53,838 nucleotides of DNA from an uncultured Armatimonadia bacterium (lineage in GTDB: Bacteria; Armatimonadota; Zipacnadia; Zipacnadales; VGFC01). Below the pieces are notes generated by a model. It saw only the letters and a list, made by a program, of their open reading frames with translations. It was not told where the DNA came from and ran no database searches. Numbering within the stretch: position 1 is the stretch's first letter; every line of letters begins with the position of its first letter. This document shows positions 10,501 through 19,225 of this stretch, piece after piece. Location of the stretch: positions 1-53,838 of the forward strand of contig CAZKUN010000018.1 in assembly GCA_964555935.1 (NCBI GenBank), written 5' to 3'. Made by a program: the position numbers and the translations under genes.

Positions 10501-10869
10501 GCTTTCGGGATCGTGCCAGCGGAGACCGGACACATCAATCCCGAAGAGCTTCTGCGAGACCCCGAAGGCCTGGCGCGCGCCATCATCTCGGGCTGGTTCG
10601 TTCCCTACAATCAGGTCGCGTCACGGGCTGACAGTGAACTCCGCCGCACGTGGGGGCTGTTGGAGCGGGCGTGCGGAGAGGGACTGCCCTACATTGCGAA
10701 CTGGAGTGTCCACGGCCTTGATATCTACACACGCACCGGGGCGAAGCGCATCGCGCATGAAGGAGCTGAGTACGGGGAGTACCTGCCTTGGCCGGATGAC
10801 CCGAAGTGGACGGCTGATCTGGAGTTCTGGGCAAAGGACATAGAGCTGCCGTGGTCGGACGGCCGCTAG
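7515..10869 (+). CDS. HD-phosphohydrolase (HD-CE-like) + Hsp90-like GHKL ATPase + unknown C-terminal region; split into three ORFs by two G8 tracts; ~1118 aa if both are restored
   Basis: GAGAGG RBS then GTG 7515. HD motifs FTRHDASH, AYLHDVGM, NHAARS, CASHD, LRVADILD, EWRKH. GHKL boxes LRELMQNAFDA, DTGVGM, SKFGIGVLSYF, GTTVRL. Frame changes at G8 8198-8205 and G8 9379-9386. Confidence 0.8.
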
Positions 10870-10982
10870 CCTGGTTCCATCGCGCTCAAGATGCACGCCG
10901 CCGAGCAGAGGAGTATGCCGAGGAGTTGCATCGGCCGGATGTGGTGAGGGAGAGGGTGAGGCGGTTGCTGGCGGAGGAGTGA
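10870..10982 (+). pseudogene. Possible C-terminal remnant of another gene
   Basis: Reads ...AEEYAEELHRPDVVRERVRRLLAEE* (TGA 10980-10982), resembling the HRPDxV tail I recall from some WD40-repeat proteins; no start. Confidence 0.3.
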
Positions 10983-11042
10983 GAGGGGTTTGGGAGTGCA
11001 TCGGCGAGGGCGCCGATGCTACGCGGGGGGCGAGGCGCGACG

Positions 11043-11069
11043 GTAGGGAGTGATGAATCACGCCCCTAC
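11043..11069 (-). repeat. GTAG-type REP-like palindrome
   Basis: Minus strand GTAG-GGGCGTGAT-TC-ATCACTCCC-TAC; imperfect hairpin led by GTAG. Confidence 0.55.
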
Positions 11070-11229
11070 GAAAGTGATCGAGGGTGTGGTCTGGCGGCGC
11101 TGGAGACGCAAGCTGCGAGCTTCCCTGGGGCCAGCCGGCATGGACGGGAAGGGCAACGGCCGACGGGCTGGAAGGGAAACTCACAGAGTTTCCACGTCAC
11201 TACGCGAAGGCATTACGGAGGGATACGCG

Positions 11230-12066
11230 ATGAGACTTGGCGCGAATCTGTACGGAGACTGCAGCACGCCAGAGAAATGGGTTGCTGAACTGGCCAGGAA
11301 GGGCTACTCGGCGGCGTTCTGTCCGGTGGGCCCGGAGGCGACTGACGAGACAGTTGCTGAGTATGAGCAGGCGGCGAAGGAGAACGGCATCGTCATCGCC
11401 GAGGTCGGCGCGTGGAGCAGCCCCATCAGCCGGATCGATGAGATCCGAGAGGCCGGGCTGAAGCGGTGCATCGAGGGCCTGGCGCTGGCGGAGAGGATCG
11501 GCGCGAACTGCTGCGTGAACGTGGCGGGCTCGCGAGGCGAACCGTGGTTCGGGCACGATCCGGAGAACCTCACTGAGGAGACCTTCGAGCTGATCGTCAG
11601 CACGACGCAGCGGATCATCGATGAGGTCAATCCCACGCGGGCGACGTTCACGCTCGAGACGATGGAATGGATGTACCCCGACTCGCCCGAGAGCTACGCG
11701 AGGCTGGTGCGAGAGATCGATCGGCCGGCGTTCGCGGTGCACTTCGACCCGACCAACCTGATCCTGAGCCCGCACCACTACTACCGGAGCACGGGAATCA
11801 TCGAGGAATTCGTCGCGAAGCTCGGGCCGAAGATCAGGAGCTGCCACGCGAAGGACATCTCGATGAGCCACGAACTGACGGTGCATCTGGATGAGGTGCT
11901 GCCGGGCCAGGGGAACCTGGACTACCCGACATTCCTGAAACAGATCGACACGCTCGAGCCGGACGTGCCGCTGCTGATCGAACACCTGACGACCGAAGAG
12001 GAGTTCGACCAGGCCGCGAAGTTCATCCGCGAGACGGCGGAGACGTGTGGGGTGGAGATCGTCTGA
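11230..12066 (+). CDS. Sugar phosphate isomerase/epimerase (xylose isomerase-like TIM barrel), 278 aa
   Basis: GGAGGGA RBS, ATG 11230; metal-ligand motifs LETM, HFDPTN, CHAKD, PGQGNLDY, LIEH. Confidence 0.9.
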   Translation: MRLGANLYGDCSTPEKWVAELARKGYSAAFCPVGPEATDETVAEYEQAAKENGIVIAEVGAWSSPISRIDEIREAGLKRCIEGLALAERIGANCCVNVAGSRGEPWFGHDPENLTEETFELIVSTTQRIIDEVNPTRATFTLETMEWMYPDSPESYARLVREIDRPAFAVHFDPTNLILSPHHYYRSTGIIEEFVAKLGPKIRSCHAKDISMSHELTVHLDEVLPGQGNLDYPTFLKQIDTLEPDVPLLIEHLTTEEEFDQAAKFIRETAETCGVEIV

Positions 12067-12144
12067 CGGCAACGAAACCACGAAGGCGCGAAGGACGGAA
12101 CGGAAGAAGGAAGACGCGAAGAACGGCGAAGACGAACGGCACGA
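12067..12144 (+). repeat. T-less purine-rich tract of CGAAG/GAAG/GAACG repeats
   Basis: CCACGAAGGCGCGAAGGACGGAACGGAAGAAGGAAGACGCGAAGAACGGCGAAGACGAACGG; no T on the + strand from 12065 to 12144. Confidence 0.6.
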
Positions 12145-12145
12145 T

Positions 12146-12169
12146 GCGGACGAGGGCGTCCGCGCTCCA
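12146..12169 (-). repeat. GGAG-type REP-like palindrome
   Basis: Stem GCGGACG / CGTCCGC (12146-12163) followed by GCTCCA; minus strand TGGAGCGCGGACGCCCTCGTCCGC. Confidence 0.6.
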
Positions 12170-12182
12170 GTGACGGCGTGGA

Positions 12183-13322
12183 TTAGCGGAGGCGATTCCA
12201 CTCGTCGATCATCGCTTCGGTGCTGTCCCACGGCATGATGCTGTGGGACGAGACGCACTGGCTCAGGATGAGGCCCGTCGGGGTGAAGCAGTCCATCACG
12301 TCGCGGACGGCCTGGCGCGTGGGCTCTGGGCCGCCCCAGATGTGGTTGGTGCTGCAAGGCCCGATCCAGAAGGACTTGCTCGGGGCGAGGGCACTGTGGA
12401 TTGCCGCGATGTCGACGCCCTCGAAGGCGATATCGATCCCCACGATGGATTCCAGCGTGAGATTCGCGAGGTAGTCGAGGATTGGCATGACGCCCGTGTG
12501 GGCGGTGTAGGCAGTGACCATGCCCGCGGCGCGGGTCGCGTCGGCCTCGGCGTTGAGGCGGCGCGTGAGGAAGCGGTCAAGCGTGGCGGGACTGTAGAAA
12601 TCCGCGGTCTCGTAGAACCCGTTGCGGCGGACGATATCAGCGCCCAACTCCCCAAGGACCTCGATGGCGCGCAGATTGGCCGCGTGTTCGTGCTCGAGGT
12701 AATCATCGATCAGCTCGGGATTGTCGATGCTCATCAGACAGATCTCGCTGGCTCCCATGAGATGCATGGCGCCGGTGAGGCCCATGCCCGATGAGCCGAA
12801 GGTGGCGAGTTTGTAGCCAGTGGCGAGGGCTTTGGCGGCCACGGCGTGGTCGGTCGAGGCCGCGATGACCTCGTCGGCGCGGCGGAGGATCTGGATCTGC
12901 TTGAGGCAATCGAGATCCGCTTGGTCTTGGATCCATGGCTCGATGTAGTGGCCGACGTTGAAATCGCTGTAGAGCGGGATGTCCTCGCCGTGAGGCCACA
13001 GTTCGCTGTAGCTGACGGAGGCATGCATCTCGCCGGCGGGAGTGGTGATGGTCTTGTGCAGGACGTCGCCATCGACGCGCGTCTCTGACGAGCAGCCGGG
13101 AGCCTGCTGCGTGACCGAGGCGCCGATGCCGACGAGCTGATCGAGCCCGAGGACCTCGACCTGGTAGCGGAGGATCTCCTCACCGGAGGCGTCTTCGGCC
13201 CAGGGGAAATTCCAGACGCCCTGGCGCTGGACGGGCGTGAGCGGGTTGAAGGCGCCGTGGCACGGCACGTGGTCGACGGGCTCGCGGCGAATAGCCGCAA
13301 GGATGCGTTCGCGGGATGTCAT
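12183..13322 (-). CDS. Uroporphyrinogen decarboxylase-like (URO-D/MtaA superfamily) protein, 379 aa
   Basis: Typical start MTSRERILAAIRREPVDHVP, TITTPAGEM, and C-terminal GLILSQCVSSHSIMPWDSTEAMID. Confidence 0.8.
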   Translation of the reverse strand: MTSRERILAAIRREPVDHVPCHGAFNPLTPVQRQGVWNFPWAEDASGEEILRYQVEVLGLDQLVGIGASVTQQAPGCSSETRVDGDVLHKTITTPAGEMHASVSYSELWPHGEDIPLYSDFNVGHYIEPWIQDQADLDCLKQIQILRRADEVIAASTDHAVAAKALATGYKLATFGSSGMGLTGAMHLMGASEICLMSIDNPELIDDYLEHEHAANLRAIEVLGELGADIVRRNGFYETADFYSPATLDRFLTRRLNAEADATRAAGMVTAYTAHTGVMPILDYLANLTLESIVGIDIAFEGVDIAAIHSALAPSKSFWIGPCSTNHIWGGPEPTRQAVRDVMDCFTPTGLILSQCVSSHSIMPWDSTEAMIDEWNRLR

Positions 13323-13361
13323 TCGGGCTCCCAAGAGGGCGGCGAGATTGGGACGGCGGAT

Positions 13362-13384
13362 GCGAGCTGGAAGCTCGCGGTCCA
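13362..13384 (-). repeat. GGAC/GGAG-type REP-like palindrome
   Basis: Stem GCGAGCT / AGCTCGC (13362-13378) followed by GGTCCA; similar flanks (GATGCG...CGCGnTCCA) to the 12146 element. Confidence 0.6.
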
Positions 13385-13404
13385 AAACGGCGATGCGGCC
13401 GTGG

Positions 13405-16400
13405 CTAGGGCGCCTTCCATTTCACGTTGCGGAACTTGGCGCCGGTGCTGCCCCATGAATAGAGCGCGAACGTGCCGCTCTCGAGCGTTTCGTCAGTGAT
13501 CTCGAACTCCTTCTCGCCGTCGATCCAGACCGACATGTTCGAGCCGTCGAGCACGACTCGGAGAGCGTACCAGCGCCCCGATACAAACCCCGTGGCGTTC
13601 TGCGAGACCACCTCGTACTCGTCGCCGTTCTTGAGCGCCAACACGCGGAAGCTGCGCTGGCGGTCCATGGTGAAGAGATAGTGGTGCTCGCGGTCGGCGA
13701 ACCTAAACGCGATGCCGATACCATCGTCATCGGCGGACGAGATATCGAGCGAGACCTCGCCGTCGGTGAAATCAGCCCCCGGCGCGAAGGCGCGATACGT
13801 TCCCGGGCGCTCGACGAGCGGATCCAAGTTCCCCGCCTCGCCGAGGAAGTGGTTGGATATCTCGGCGATGATTCCGTTGTCGAGCGCCCAGTTGCTCTCG
13901 GGCGGACCGGCGCCGGGGGTGTCATGCACCTGCCAGTCATCGCCGCCAAGCGGGATGATATCGGGATCGATGATGTACGATCCCGAGCTGGTTGGCCCCG
14001 CAACGCCATCGCGGAAGACGCGCGCGGTGAGCGTCGCGCTCTCGGTCACTTTGACCGATCTCGCGTAGCGCTTGGACTGGCGCGTGGGCGAGGTCCCGTC
14101 GAGCGTGTAGCGGATCTCCCCGGCTGGATCGTCGGCTGAGATGCGGACATCGATCGAGCCGCTGTCGGCGGCCTGGACGGGATCGACACGCGGGGACCTG
14201 ACGCCGTAAGGCTGGAGCGCTATGGTGGCCTTGATGAGATAGCTGCAGCGACAGCGGTTGGAGGCCTCGGGGACGAGTAGCATCCCGCCGACGGGCAAGG
14301 CGTTGATCCAACACCCGGGGCGGATGCCGCCGTAGTTTTCGGTGCCGACGTTGGTTGTGAGATCCCAATAACCAAGCGTCGCGGAGCGGTAGGCGAGGAG
14401 GTTCTTAGAGCCCGCCAGGATTCCGCATCCGTAGGAGCGCGTGAGGTTGAAGTCCTTGCGCTCGCCCGTTCGCAGATCCCACGCGCCGGGCTGGGCATAG
14501 ATCGTGTCATCGTTGATCAGCGGCCGGCTGGCGTAGGCTTCCTCCACATCCCAGATCCGGGCGCCATCGTCCGGGTTGAAGGCGCTCATCCGACCGCCAG
14601 CCTCAGACGCCAACCTGAAGCGAGTCGCCTGATACGACATCAGGAGGATGTTGTGCTCTTCACTGAGCGCGAGCATCGTGCCGTAGATGTCATCTTCGAC
14701 GCTCCACAGCGCATCGCCCGTGTCCGCATCGAGCGCGACAAGCTTGCCGGCGGGGTGCTCGGTCTTGTCCTCTTTGTCGCGGTCGCGGACGGCGATCGGG
14801 CGGTCGAGAAGGAAGACCTTGCCATCTCCGACGGCAATGGTGTTGATGCGCACGGAGTGCTCGGGCTGATAGGTCCACTTCGTCTCGCCGGTCGTGGCGT
14901 CAAGCGCGAACAGGAGCGCCGATTCGCTGTATATCAGGCTCATGTCGGACTTGACGAAGGCGAAGGTAACCTGATGCGCCTCGTTGTAGAGCGACCCGAA
15001 CAGCGTGCCATCCGCGCAGGAGATGTAGCCCCAGCGCGCGATTGATCCGTCGGGCTTGGGCGGGGCGGTTAACTCGGCGACCTGCTCGCCGCTCATCACG
15101 TCGATCACCGCGCACTTGTTCTCGTGCCTCGCGAAGAGCTTGCCATCGGCGATGCATATATTGCTGCCGGTGACCGCGACGCCGTTGAGGTGTTCCTGAT
15201 CGTACGGCTTCAATATGCCGGGCAGAGGGTGCTCCCACATCTGCGTTCCGTTGTACGCATCGACCGCGCGGATGGCATCGATGCCCTCGACGATGAAGAC
15301 GCCATTCCAGAACAGCGGCGACGGGCCTCGGCCATGGCGCGAAGGCATGACGAGCGTGTTGTCGGCATACCAGAGCATCCCGAGCGGGCCCTTCACCTCA
15401 TCGGTGGAGCACGCCTCGTTGCCGGCGTTCGCGTACTGATGTGTCCACTCGCCGGCGCCCTCCAGCGCGCCGCGCGTGTCGAGGGTCATGCTGCCGGGCT
15501 TGCCGACGCAGATGACGCCCCCGTAGGGGCGCTGCAGGCGCTCGCGCTCAAGACGCGACCCCGGTGCCTTGCCACCGGTGACCGATTCTCCCGAGACGAC
15601 GAGATTGGCCAGAAGATTTGGCAGCGTGGTGTTGCCGGGCTTGCGCTGAAGGACCGTCACGCGCGTCCCATGCAGGCCGGCCGAATCAAGGCGCTCGCGT
15701 GCCGCCGCAACGTCCTTGGCGTCGGCATCGATAGCGTAGATATTCAGCTCCGAGCGCTTGGCCAGCTCATAGCTGAGGCGACCGTCGCCGCAGCCTATGT
15801 CGACGCAGTACCCGACTGTGATACCCGTCCGCTCGATGATCTCATCAGCGGCTTTGGCGTAGATATCATCCTCGCCGTAAGGGTCGTCGTCTACGGTCGG
15901 CTCGCGCTTCGCCGGGGCGGTACCCGTGGCGGCGCCGAAACAGTAGATCGTGCCCTGGTCGGTGGTGACATACAGCCTGCCGCCGGCCGCCGCCAGACCG
16001 AGCGGGAGCCCGTCGACACCGGCGGTCGCGGTCACTTCCTGAGAGGCGGTGTCGGCGACCACGATTCCGCCGCCGGAATCGCTTCGAACGCCGGCGACGA
16101 CCATGTCGCCGGCGCCGATGAGCGACGTGCCGAGGGTTCCCTCGGCCTCGATCGTCCAGAGCGGGGCGCCGAGGGCCTTGGTCTTGATGGGAGCGCCGCG
16201 CTTGTCGACGGCGTCTTTCTCGACGATCAGCGCGGACCGGCTGACTGCACTGATTGTGGACTGGTACGCGTAGACGATGTGGTCCGGGTAGACGGCCATT
16301 GCCGCGGATGGGAGGCCGCGGGCCAAGCGGTCGCCGCCGTCCGTGCGGAAGACATCGAGTTCGTTCACGAAGCAATCGTCGACCGCCGTTACGAACGGCC

Positions 16401-17217
16401 CGTGGCCGCGGCCGTTGTACTCCTGCAAGCGGAAGTAGCGGAACTCGCCAGTGTCCGCGGCAAGAGCAGCTGGGGTGGCCCTGCCGGTAGGGACCATCAG
16501 GGCGTCGCCGGCGATGGTGAGGTAGCCCTGGGCGGAGACGCCGCTCTTGGCGCGCGCGCCGCCGTGCGGCTGATCCATCTCGATATAGCCGGCCGTGTCG
16601 TTCGTCCACAACGCGTCGCCGGTGGCGGGGTCGAGGGCCTGGATGTAGATGCCCTCGGAGGGCCAGATCCCGGCTGATACGTAGAGCACGTTGTCATCAA
16701 TGGCAGGGCCTCCGCGCACGGGCCAACGCGACACGAGCCGGCCGTTGCCGAGGACCATGTCATCGCCCGGCGCGAGTTGCTTGCGCCAGATTTCCGTGCC
16801 GGTCGCCGCCTCGAGGCAGTAGAGCATGCCGTCATCGCTGGCGACGTAAACGCGTCCGTTGTCGACGCATGGCGCGAAGCGAATCGCGGCGTCGGCGTGG
16901 ACCGACCAGACCTCGACTCCGGTCGCGGCGTCGAGGGCGTAGACCTTGTTGTCAGCCGAACTGCCAAAGAACACGCGGCCGCCGGCAACTACGGCCTGGG
17001 GCGCGTGATCGAAGGACATCCGCGTGTCCTCGCCGACCCAAGCGGGCGCAGGCGGGGCGGCCGGTCGGTACTCCCAGATCAGACTCAGGTCGTCGGGAAG
17101 GCTCTCAGGCGCGTAGCCGGAGCGGGCCGCGTCGAACCGGAACTGCGGCCAATCGTCGGCGGTTGCGGCGCAGCCGATCACGGGCAGTAGGAGCACGAAT
17201 GATAGTAGTCTGTGCAT
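13405..17217 (-). CDS. Secreted PQQ-type beta-propeller protein with internal class I SAM-methyltransferase-like domain, Fn3-associated domain and C-terminal ConA/DUF1080-like domain, 1270 aa
   Basis: GAGGT RBS, ATG 17217, signal peptide; DWPQFRFDAARSG, repeated ALDAATG-xx-W, YCVDIGCGDG, second propeller from EWTHQY, IRYTLDGTSP, DDDGIGIAFR. Confidence 0.85.
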   Translation of the reverse strand: MHRLLSFVLLLPVIGCAATADDWPQFRFDAARSGYAPESLPDDLSLIWEYRPAAPPAPAWVGEDTRMSFDHAPQAVVAGGRVFFGSSADNKVYALDAATGVEVWSVHADAAIRFAPCVDNGRVYVASDDGMLYCLEAATGTEIWRKQLAPGDDMVLGNGRLVSRWPVRGGPAIDDNVLYVSAGIWPSEGIYIQALDPATGDALWTNDTAGYIEMDQPHGGARAKSGVSAQGYLTIAGDALMVPTGRATPAALAADTGEFRYFRLQEYNGRGHGPFVTAVDDCFVNELDVFRTDGGDRLARGLPSAAMAVYPDHIVYAYQSTISAVSRSALIVEKDAVDKRGAPIKTKALGAPLWTIEAEGTLGTSLIGAGDMVVAGVRSDSGGGIVVADTASQEVTATAGVDGLPLGLAAAGGRLYVTTDQGTIYCFGAATGTAPAKREPTVDDDPYGEDDIYAKAADEIIERTGITVGYCVDIGCGDGRLSYELAKRSELNIYAIDADAKDVAAARERLDSAGLHGTRVTVLQRKPGNTTLPNLLANLVVSGESVTGGKAPGSRLERERLQRPYGGVICVGKPGSMTLDTRGALEGAGEWTHQYANAGNEACSTDEVKGPLGMLWYADNTLVMPSRHGRGPSPLFWNGVFIVEGIDAIRAVDAYNGTQMWEHPLPGILKPYDQEHLNGVAVTGSNICIADGKLFARHENKCAVIDVMSGEQVAELTAPPKPDGSIARWGYISCADGTLFGSLYNEAHQVTFAFVKSDMSLIYSESALLFALDATTGETKWTYQPEHSVRINTIAVGDGKVFLLDRPIAVRDRDKEDKTEHPAGKLVALDADTGDALWSVEDDIYGTMLALSEEHNILLMSYQATRFRLASEAGGRMSAFNPDDGARIWDVEEAYASRPLINDDTIYAQPGAWDLRTGERKDFNLTRSYGCGILAGSKNLLAYRSATLGYWDLTTNVGTENYGGIRPGCWINALPVGGMLLVPEASNRCRCSYLIKATIALQPYGVRSPRVDPVQAADSGSIDVRISADDPAGEIRYTLDGTSPTRQSKRYARSVKVTESATLTARVFRDGVAGPTSSGSYIIDPDIIPLGGDDWQVHDTPGAGPPESNWALDNGIIAEISNHFLGEAGNLDPLVERPGTYRAFAPGADFTDGEVSLDISSADDDGIGIAFRFADREHHYLFTMDRQRSFRVLALKNGDEYEVVSQNATGFVSGRWYALRVVLDGSNMSVWIDGEKEFEITDETLESGTFALYSWGSTGAKFRNVKWKAP

Positions 17218-17368
17218 GATGACCTCGCTGGCGGGGGTCTTGGCGGCTGGCGGCGGTTGTCCCTCCACATTAGACCAACAATGTTGCCGGCCTGTTAGGT
17301 GCGCGAGAGGCCACCGACGGCGCCGGCGCGAACGGGCGTTGACCGAATACCAGGCATCAGGAGCCCCA

Positions 17369-19219
17369 ATGGCCGCGAAACTCAATGCTTTCAGACCACG
17401 TGATATCAGCCTCCTGCCGGGCACGTTCCTGGATCGTTTCAACGTGAACCGAGGCTACGTGATGAGGCTTCAGCCCCAGGCGCTGCTGCAGAACCACCTG
17501 CTCGAGGCGGGGCTGAGCAACATTCAACTGCGTGATGTCACCCACCGCAAACAGCCGCGGTACGGCGACGACATGCACTGGGGCTGGGAGTCGCCGACAT
17601 GTCAGGTGCGCGGTCACTTTCTCGGACACTGGATGAGCGCGGCGGCGCGCATTGTTGCCAGCACGGGTGATGCGGAGCTGAAGGCTCGCGCGGACGGCGT
17701 GGTCGAAACTCTAGGTCGGTGCCAGCAGGAGAACGGGGGCGAATGGGTCGGCTCGATTCCACCCAAGTACCTCGAATGGATCGCGCGGGGAAAGAGCGTG
17801 TGGGCGCCGCACTACGTGCTTCACAAGACGCTCATGGGTCTCCACGACATGCACGTCTGGACGGGGAGCGAGCAAGCGCTCGAGATCGCCGAGAACTTCG
17901 CGCGCTGGTTCCACCGCTTCACCGCCGACTTCAGTCGCGAGGAGATGGACAACATCCTCGACTTCGAGACGGGCGGGATGCTGGAGGCGTGGGCGAATCT
18001 GTATGGCGTGACGGGTAAGCAGGAACATGCCGATCTGATCGAACGGTACGACCGGCCCCGGCTGTTCGACCGGTTGCTGGCCGGTGGCGATCCGCTGACG
18101 AACATGCACGCGAACACGACGATCCCCGAGGCTCACGGCGCGGCGCGAGCCTACGAGGTGACGGGCGAGAAACGTTGGAGGAGAATCGTCGAGGCGTATT
18201 GGCGCTGCGCGGTGACAGACCGGGGATACTTCTGCACGGGCGGCCAGACGGCAGGAGAGATCTGGACGCCGCCGCACCAATTCGCCGCGCGGCTCGGCGA
18301 GAAGAACCAAGAGCACTGCACGATCTACAACATGATGCGGCTCGCGGACTACCTATTCCGCTGGACGGGCGACGTCGGATACGCTGACTATATCGAGCGG
18401 AATCTGTACAACGGAATTCTCGCGCAGCAGCATCCGGGCACGGGTCAGATCAACTATTTCCTGGAGATGCAACCGGGCGCGACGAAGCACTGGGGCTCGG
18501 AGACGAACGATTTCTGGTGCTGTCACGGGACGCTGGTGCAGGCCCACACCGCGCACGATGCTTACGTCTACTACGGGGACGGCGAGGGGCTGACGGTCTG
18601 CCAGTACGTGCCATCGAGGCTTGAGCGGGGCAACGTCGAGATCTCGCAGAGCTTCGACGCGCACGCGGATGCGATCACGAGCTACGAGCAGTCGGGGAGT
18701 CAAGCGGTCGATCGGCCCACCGCAGCCAGCCGGCCCAAGCACTGGACCATACTGATGACCGTGAAGTGCGCCAAACCGAAGGAGTTTGCTCTTCGGTTGC
18801 GGCTGCCGCGGTGGATCGCCGGCGAGCCGACGATTCTCGTGAACGGCCAGCCGGAGGACGTGACTTCGGGCCCATCATCGTTCCACAGCATCCGTCGCGA
18901 GTGGAATGACGATGCGATCAGCATTCAGTTGCCGAAGGGCCTGACCACTTGCCCGCTGCCGGATGAACCGGACACGGTCGCGTTCATGGATGGTCCGATG
19001 GTGCTGGCGGGGCTGTGCGGGGAGGAGCGGACGCTCGTCGGCGACACCAATGATCCGTCGACAGTTCTCGCCCCCGCCCGCGAGCGCGAGTGGGGCGTTT
19101 GGCAGGACAACTACAGGACGATCAACCAAGACCGCCGGATCGATTTCAAGCCGATCCACGAGGTGGTCGATGAGCCGTACACGCTTTACTTCCCTGTTCG
19201 ATCAGGGACAGACTCGTAG
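17369..19219 (+). CDS. GH127/GH146-family beta-L-arabinofuranosidase-like protein, 616 aa
   Basis: AGGAG RBS, ATG 17369; motifs GWESP..RGHFLGHWMSA, HANTTIP, EHCTIYNM, YIERNLYNGILA, FWCCHGT. Confidence 0.9.
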   Translation: MAAKLNAFRPRDISLLPGTFLDRFNVNRGYVMRLQPQALLQNHLLEAGLSNIQLRDVTHRKQPRYGDDMHWGWESPTCQVRGHFLGHWMSAAARIVASTGDAELKARADGVVETLGRCQQENGGEWVGSIPPKYLEWIARGKSVWAPHYVLHKTLMGLHDMHVWTGSEQALEIAENFARWFHRFTADFSREEMDNILDFETGGMLEAWANLYGVTGKQEHADLIERYDRPRLFDRLLAGGDPLTNMHANTTIPEAHGAARAYEVTGEKRWRRIVEAYWRCAVTDRGYFCTGGQTAGEIWTPPHQFAARLGEKNQEHCTIYNMMRLADYLFRWTGDVGYADYIERNLYNGILAQQHPGTGQINYFLEMQPGATKHWGSETNDFWCCHGTLVQAHTAHDAYVYYGDGEGLTVCQYVPSRLERGNVEISQSFDAHADAITSYEQSGSQAVDRPTAASRPKHWTILMTVKCAKPKEFALRLRLPRWIAGEPTILVNGQPEDVTSGPSSFHSIRREWNDDAISIQLPKGLTTCPLPDEPDTVAFMDGPMVLAGLCGEERTLVGDTNDPSTVLAPAREREWGVWQDNYRTINQDRRIDFKPIHEVVDEPYTLYFPVRSGTDS

Positions 19220-19225
19220 CGATAG

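Noticed and set aside
3319-11229. Intact prophage, IS, integron or integrative element explaining the accessory patch
   Set aside because: No integrase, transposase, phage gene, tRNA, attC-like site or long flanking direct repeat was found by eye.
17276-17286. Palindrome CAACAATGTTG between the divergent PQQ-propeller and GH127 genes as an operator
   Set aside because: Only 5-bp arms, single occurrence, and no cognate regulator nearby; too weak to report as a feature.
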